Origin: a virus | Lineage: Duplodnaviria > Caudoviricetes | Virus record (IMG/VR): IMGVR_UViG_3300036794_000124 | Span: 1 to 54,276 of that record | DNA length: 54,276 nt | Direction: 5' to 3' (one strand) | Shown here: positions 51,952 to 54,276 of the stretch, in pieces | How the letters are laid out: every line of letters begins with the position of its first letter | Position numbering within the stretch: the first letter of the stretch is position 1 | The notes under the pieces: model-generated | The model's database searches: none | What the model saw: the letters and a program-made list of their open reading frames with translations, nothing else | Told to the model about the DNA's origin: nothing | Position numbers and translations under genes: made by a program

Positions 51952-53742
51952 TCAGATCACCAGCAGGCCGCGCTCCTCGTAGACCGAGCGGGGCGAGGGC
52001 GGATTGGTCGACATCACCGTCGCGGCGTTGAAGAGGGCCATGGCCGGGTCGATCTTGGCGTCGCCGGCGTTCTGCTTGGTGGCGCGGATCGCCGTCGCGG
52101 TCGGCTCGATCTTCAGGTTGGCGACACACCAGTCCATGAGCGCCTGGTCGGCGTGGACGAGGGTGCCGTTGGCCAGCTTGCGTTCCGCCGTCTTGATGGC
52201 GTTCATGAGGGCGTAGCCCTGCTGGACGCCGATGACGTAGTTGGCCTCGCGCTCGCGGTTCTCGGCGACGATGTCTTCCTCGGCCAGGGCGTCGACGAGT
52301 TCGCCCAGGCCCGCCGGGTCGACGGCGACGCAGATGAGGAGGCCGGCGTCGCGGATGCGGACCACGATCTCGACCAGCTGGGCGATGTCGACCGGGCGAC
52401 CGGCCTCGGTGAGGGCGTCGTCGGCGAGGATGGTCAGTTCGCCGGCCTTCTCCAGGTCGAGGAGCTTTGAGGCGATGGATCGGCGCCGTTCCAGGACGAT
52501 TTCGTGCGCCCACGCATGGCTCCAGGAGAGCCAGCGCTTGGCGCGGCGGGGCGTATCGTCCGCGTCCGTCTCGTCGGGGGCCGGGACCGTGGTGGCCGTG
52601 GCCTCGCGGCCGAGGAGCGTCAGGCCGAAGAGATCGTCCATGCCCCCGCCGTCGACGCCGACGACGATCCCCTCGCAGCGGGCGAGGAGGGTCTCGACGG
52701 TGATCAGCGGATCGGCCCGCTTCTCCCACTTCTCGGCGCCCGCCCAGTTGTCCGACCGCGCCCCCATGCCCGGCTCGACATTGAGGTGCTTGGCGAAGAA
52801 GCCGACCAGCGACTTCTGCCCCTCGCGCTGGGCCTTGGCGTACTCGTCGAGGAGGAACTGGCGATCGACCGAGGCCCCGAGGTTGGGGTTGGGGATGTGG
52901 AAGCTGTCGGTGTCCTTGTAGGCCCCCGAGCGGATCATCTCCTCGGGGAACTCGTAGAGGAAGCCCATGGACCGCGGGGCCTCGAGGAGGCCGTCGCGGA
53001 TGTCGCGGAATCGCCGCAGCCAGTCCAGGAACACGCCTTCGGGCGGCTCGTCGGACTGGGTGGAGAGGGCGATCACGAAGCCCTCGGGCCGGCTGGCCAG
53101 GCCCCCGTAGGCCTCGCGCAGCATGTTCTTGGCCTTCCAGCGCTTGCCGAACTGCCACAGCTCGTCGATCAGAACGCCGGTCGACTTGACGCCGGCGACG
53201 GTCTCCGAATCGGCCGCCAGGATCTTCAGCTGCGCGCCGGTGACCCGGTGCTCGATCATCCGCTGGTGGGCGATCGGGCGAAGGATCTTCTTCAGGACCG
53301 GGTGCTCGGCGACCATGTCCATGGCCGGCTCGGCGGAGTTCTTGGCGACCTCCAGGGTCGGCGCGAGGATGGTGTATTCGGCCGAATGGCGTTCGTTGCG
53401 CACCAGCTCGGTGATCATGATCCCGGCGGCGCGGGTGGACTTGGCGTTCTTCTTGCCGATCAGCTCGAAGAACTCATTGATCATGCGCCGGCCGGTGACC
53501 GGGTTGAAGGCCCCGAAGACGGCGGACGGCAGGTCGAACACCCAGGGGCGGCTGATCTCGCCGAAGGTCGGCTTGCCCAGCACGTCGACGATGGGCAGCT
53601 CGCGGAACACCGCCAGCGCCGCCTCGGCCTCTTCTGGAAAGAGCGGCGGGCAGGGCAGGAGAGAACGGCCTTCGGCGATGCGGGACTTCCAGTCCGGGCA
53701 GGCTGTCGACCACCAGGCCTCGTCAGTCGTCTCGTCGGTCAT
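51952..53742 (-). CDS. terL: Terminase large subunit
   Basis: WSTACPDW, IGKKNAKST Walker A, VLIDELW Walker B, GVDGGG.DDL and KIDP..A nuclease acidic motifs. Confidence 0.95.
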   Translation of the reverse strand: MTDETTDEAWWSTACPDWKSRIAEGRSLLPCPPLFPEEAEAALAVFRELPIVDVLGKPTFGEISRPWVFDLPSAVFGAFNPVTGRRMINEFFELIGKKNAKSTRAAGIMITELVRNERHSAEYTILAPTLEVAKNSAEPAMDMVAEHPVLKKILRPIAHQRMIEHRVTGAQLKILAADSETVAGVKSTGVLIDELWQFGKRWKAKNMLREAYGGLASRPEGFVIALSTQSDEPPEGVFLDWLRRFRDIRDGLLEAPRSMGFLYEFPEEMIRSGAYKDTDSFHIPNPNLGASVDRQFLLDEYAKAQREGQKSLVGFFAKHLNVEPGMGARSDNWAGAEKWEKRADPLITVETLLARCEGIVVGVDGGGMDDLFGLTLLGREATATTVPAPDETDADDTPRRAKRWLSWSHAWAHEIVLERRRSIASKLLDLEKAGELTILADDALTEAGRPVDIAQLVEIVVRIRDAGLLICVAVDPAGLGELVDALAEEDIVAENREREANYVIGVQQGYALMNAIKTAERKLANGTLVHADQALMDWCVANLKIEPTATAIRATKQNAGDAKIDPAMALFNAATVMSTNPPSPRSVYEERGLLVI

Positions 53743-54254
53743 CGCGGGTCGGCGTCGACCGCCTGGCCGTGCGCCGCGGCGAGTCGCAGGCCCCCGCGCG
53801 GGGCGAACTTGCCTTCGGCGGCGACGGCCGCGTCGGCGTCGGCCTTCGCCTGGGCCTTCTTGCCTTCCGGCGCGCTGGCCGCCGGCGTGGCCTTCTCGCG
53901 GCGAGCGATCGCCTCGTTGGCCAGGCGCGCGTCGCCCTTACCGAGTTCGGCCAAGATGACCCGGGCCGCCGAGACGTTGCCGGACTTGGCCTTGCCCCAC
54001 AGCCCCTCGATCAGGACCGCGCGGGCGAGAGCCGGCCCCTTGGCCAGCTCGCGGGAATAATACTTGCGCAGCGTCTTGCCGTCGAGGAGGACGCGCGCTG
54101 CGATCTCTTCCTCGGTCGCCCCGGAGGCTCGCAAAACCGCAATGGTCTCCGAGACTTGCTTGGACCGCTTGTGCCGCTTGCGCCCGCGCGGGTCCTTCGC
54201 CTCTGTCCACGGATCGCCCAGCAGATCGACCGTCGGCCCGTTTTCATCGGTCAT
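53739..54254 (-). CDS. terS: Terminase small subunit
   Basis: EIA..V..D.KTLRKYY.REL HTH, AK.GNVSA, GKK motif; ATGA overlap with terL. Confidence 0.85.
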   Translation of the reverse strand: MTDENGPTVDLLGDPWTEAKDPRGRKRHKRSKQVSETIAVLRASGATEEEIAARVLLDGKTLRKYYSRELAKGPALARAVLIEGLWGKAKSGNVSAARVILAELGKGDARLANEAIARREKATPAASAPEGKKAQAKADADAAVAAEGKFAPRGGLRLAAAHGQAVDADPR

Positions 54255-54276
54255 CAGGAAAAAATCTCTGGGTGCG

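Noticed and set aside
49508-53158. 1216-aa ORF suggesting a giant capsid fusion
   Set aside because: The upstream part is Arg-rich off-frame overlap of terL and portal; the real gene starts at 50551 after AAGGAG

Overview
The window reads as an essentially complete, high-GC (roughly 70% by eye) temperate long-tailed phage genome of about 54.3 kb. An alphaproteobacterial host is likely, but that is inference from gene families and REP-like repeats. It is linearised between the HNH endonuclease (left end) and the terminase small subunit (right end), where a cos site would be expected. Layout: (1) minus-strand replication/DNA-modification operon, 66-13552: HNH, probable late regulator, HTH initiator with internal iterons, SNF2 helicase, PD-(D/E)XK nuclease, SNF2-amino-MTase fusion, sulfotransferase, MazG, aGPT-Pplase1/5-hmdU-kinase helical-domain protein, C5-MTase, Cro; (2) CI repressor; (3) plus-strand early operon with a ParB-family protein and a large serine integrase; (4) minus-strand late operon, 54254 down to 23065: terminase, portal, two major capsid paralogues, protease, head-tail, tail and lysis genes. 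Most unusual elements: a Gmd-cupin fusion plus a methyltransferase-glycosyltransferase fusion inside the head module (candidate virion glycosylation pathway); a second capsid protein lacking the scaffold extension; a membrane-anchored PAS-domain protein in the holin position, coupled to the endolysin; about 10 dispersed copies of the palindrome GCGAACG-N-CGTTCGC (possible KorB/OB-like sites for the ParB protein); a sulfotransferase in a DNA-modification cluster; and structured REP/MITE-like repeats in the tail operon. All calls come from motif recognition and synteny; no database searches were run.
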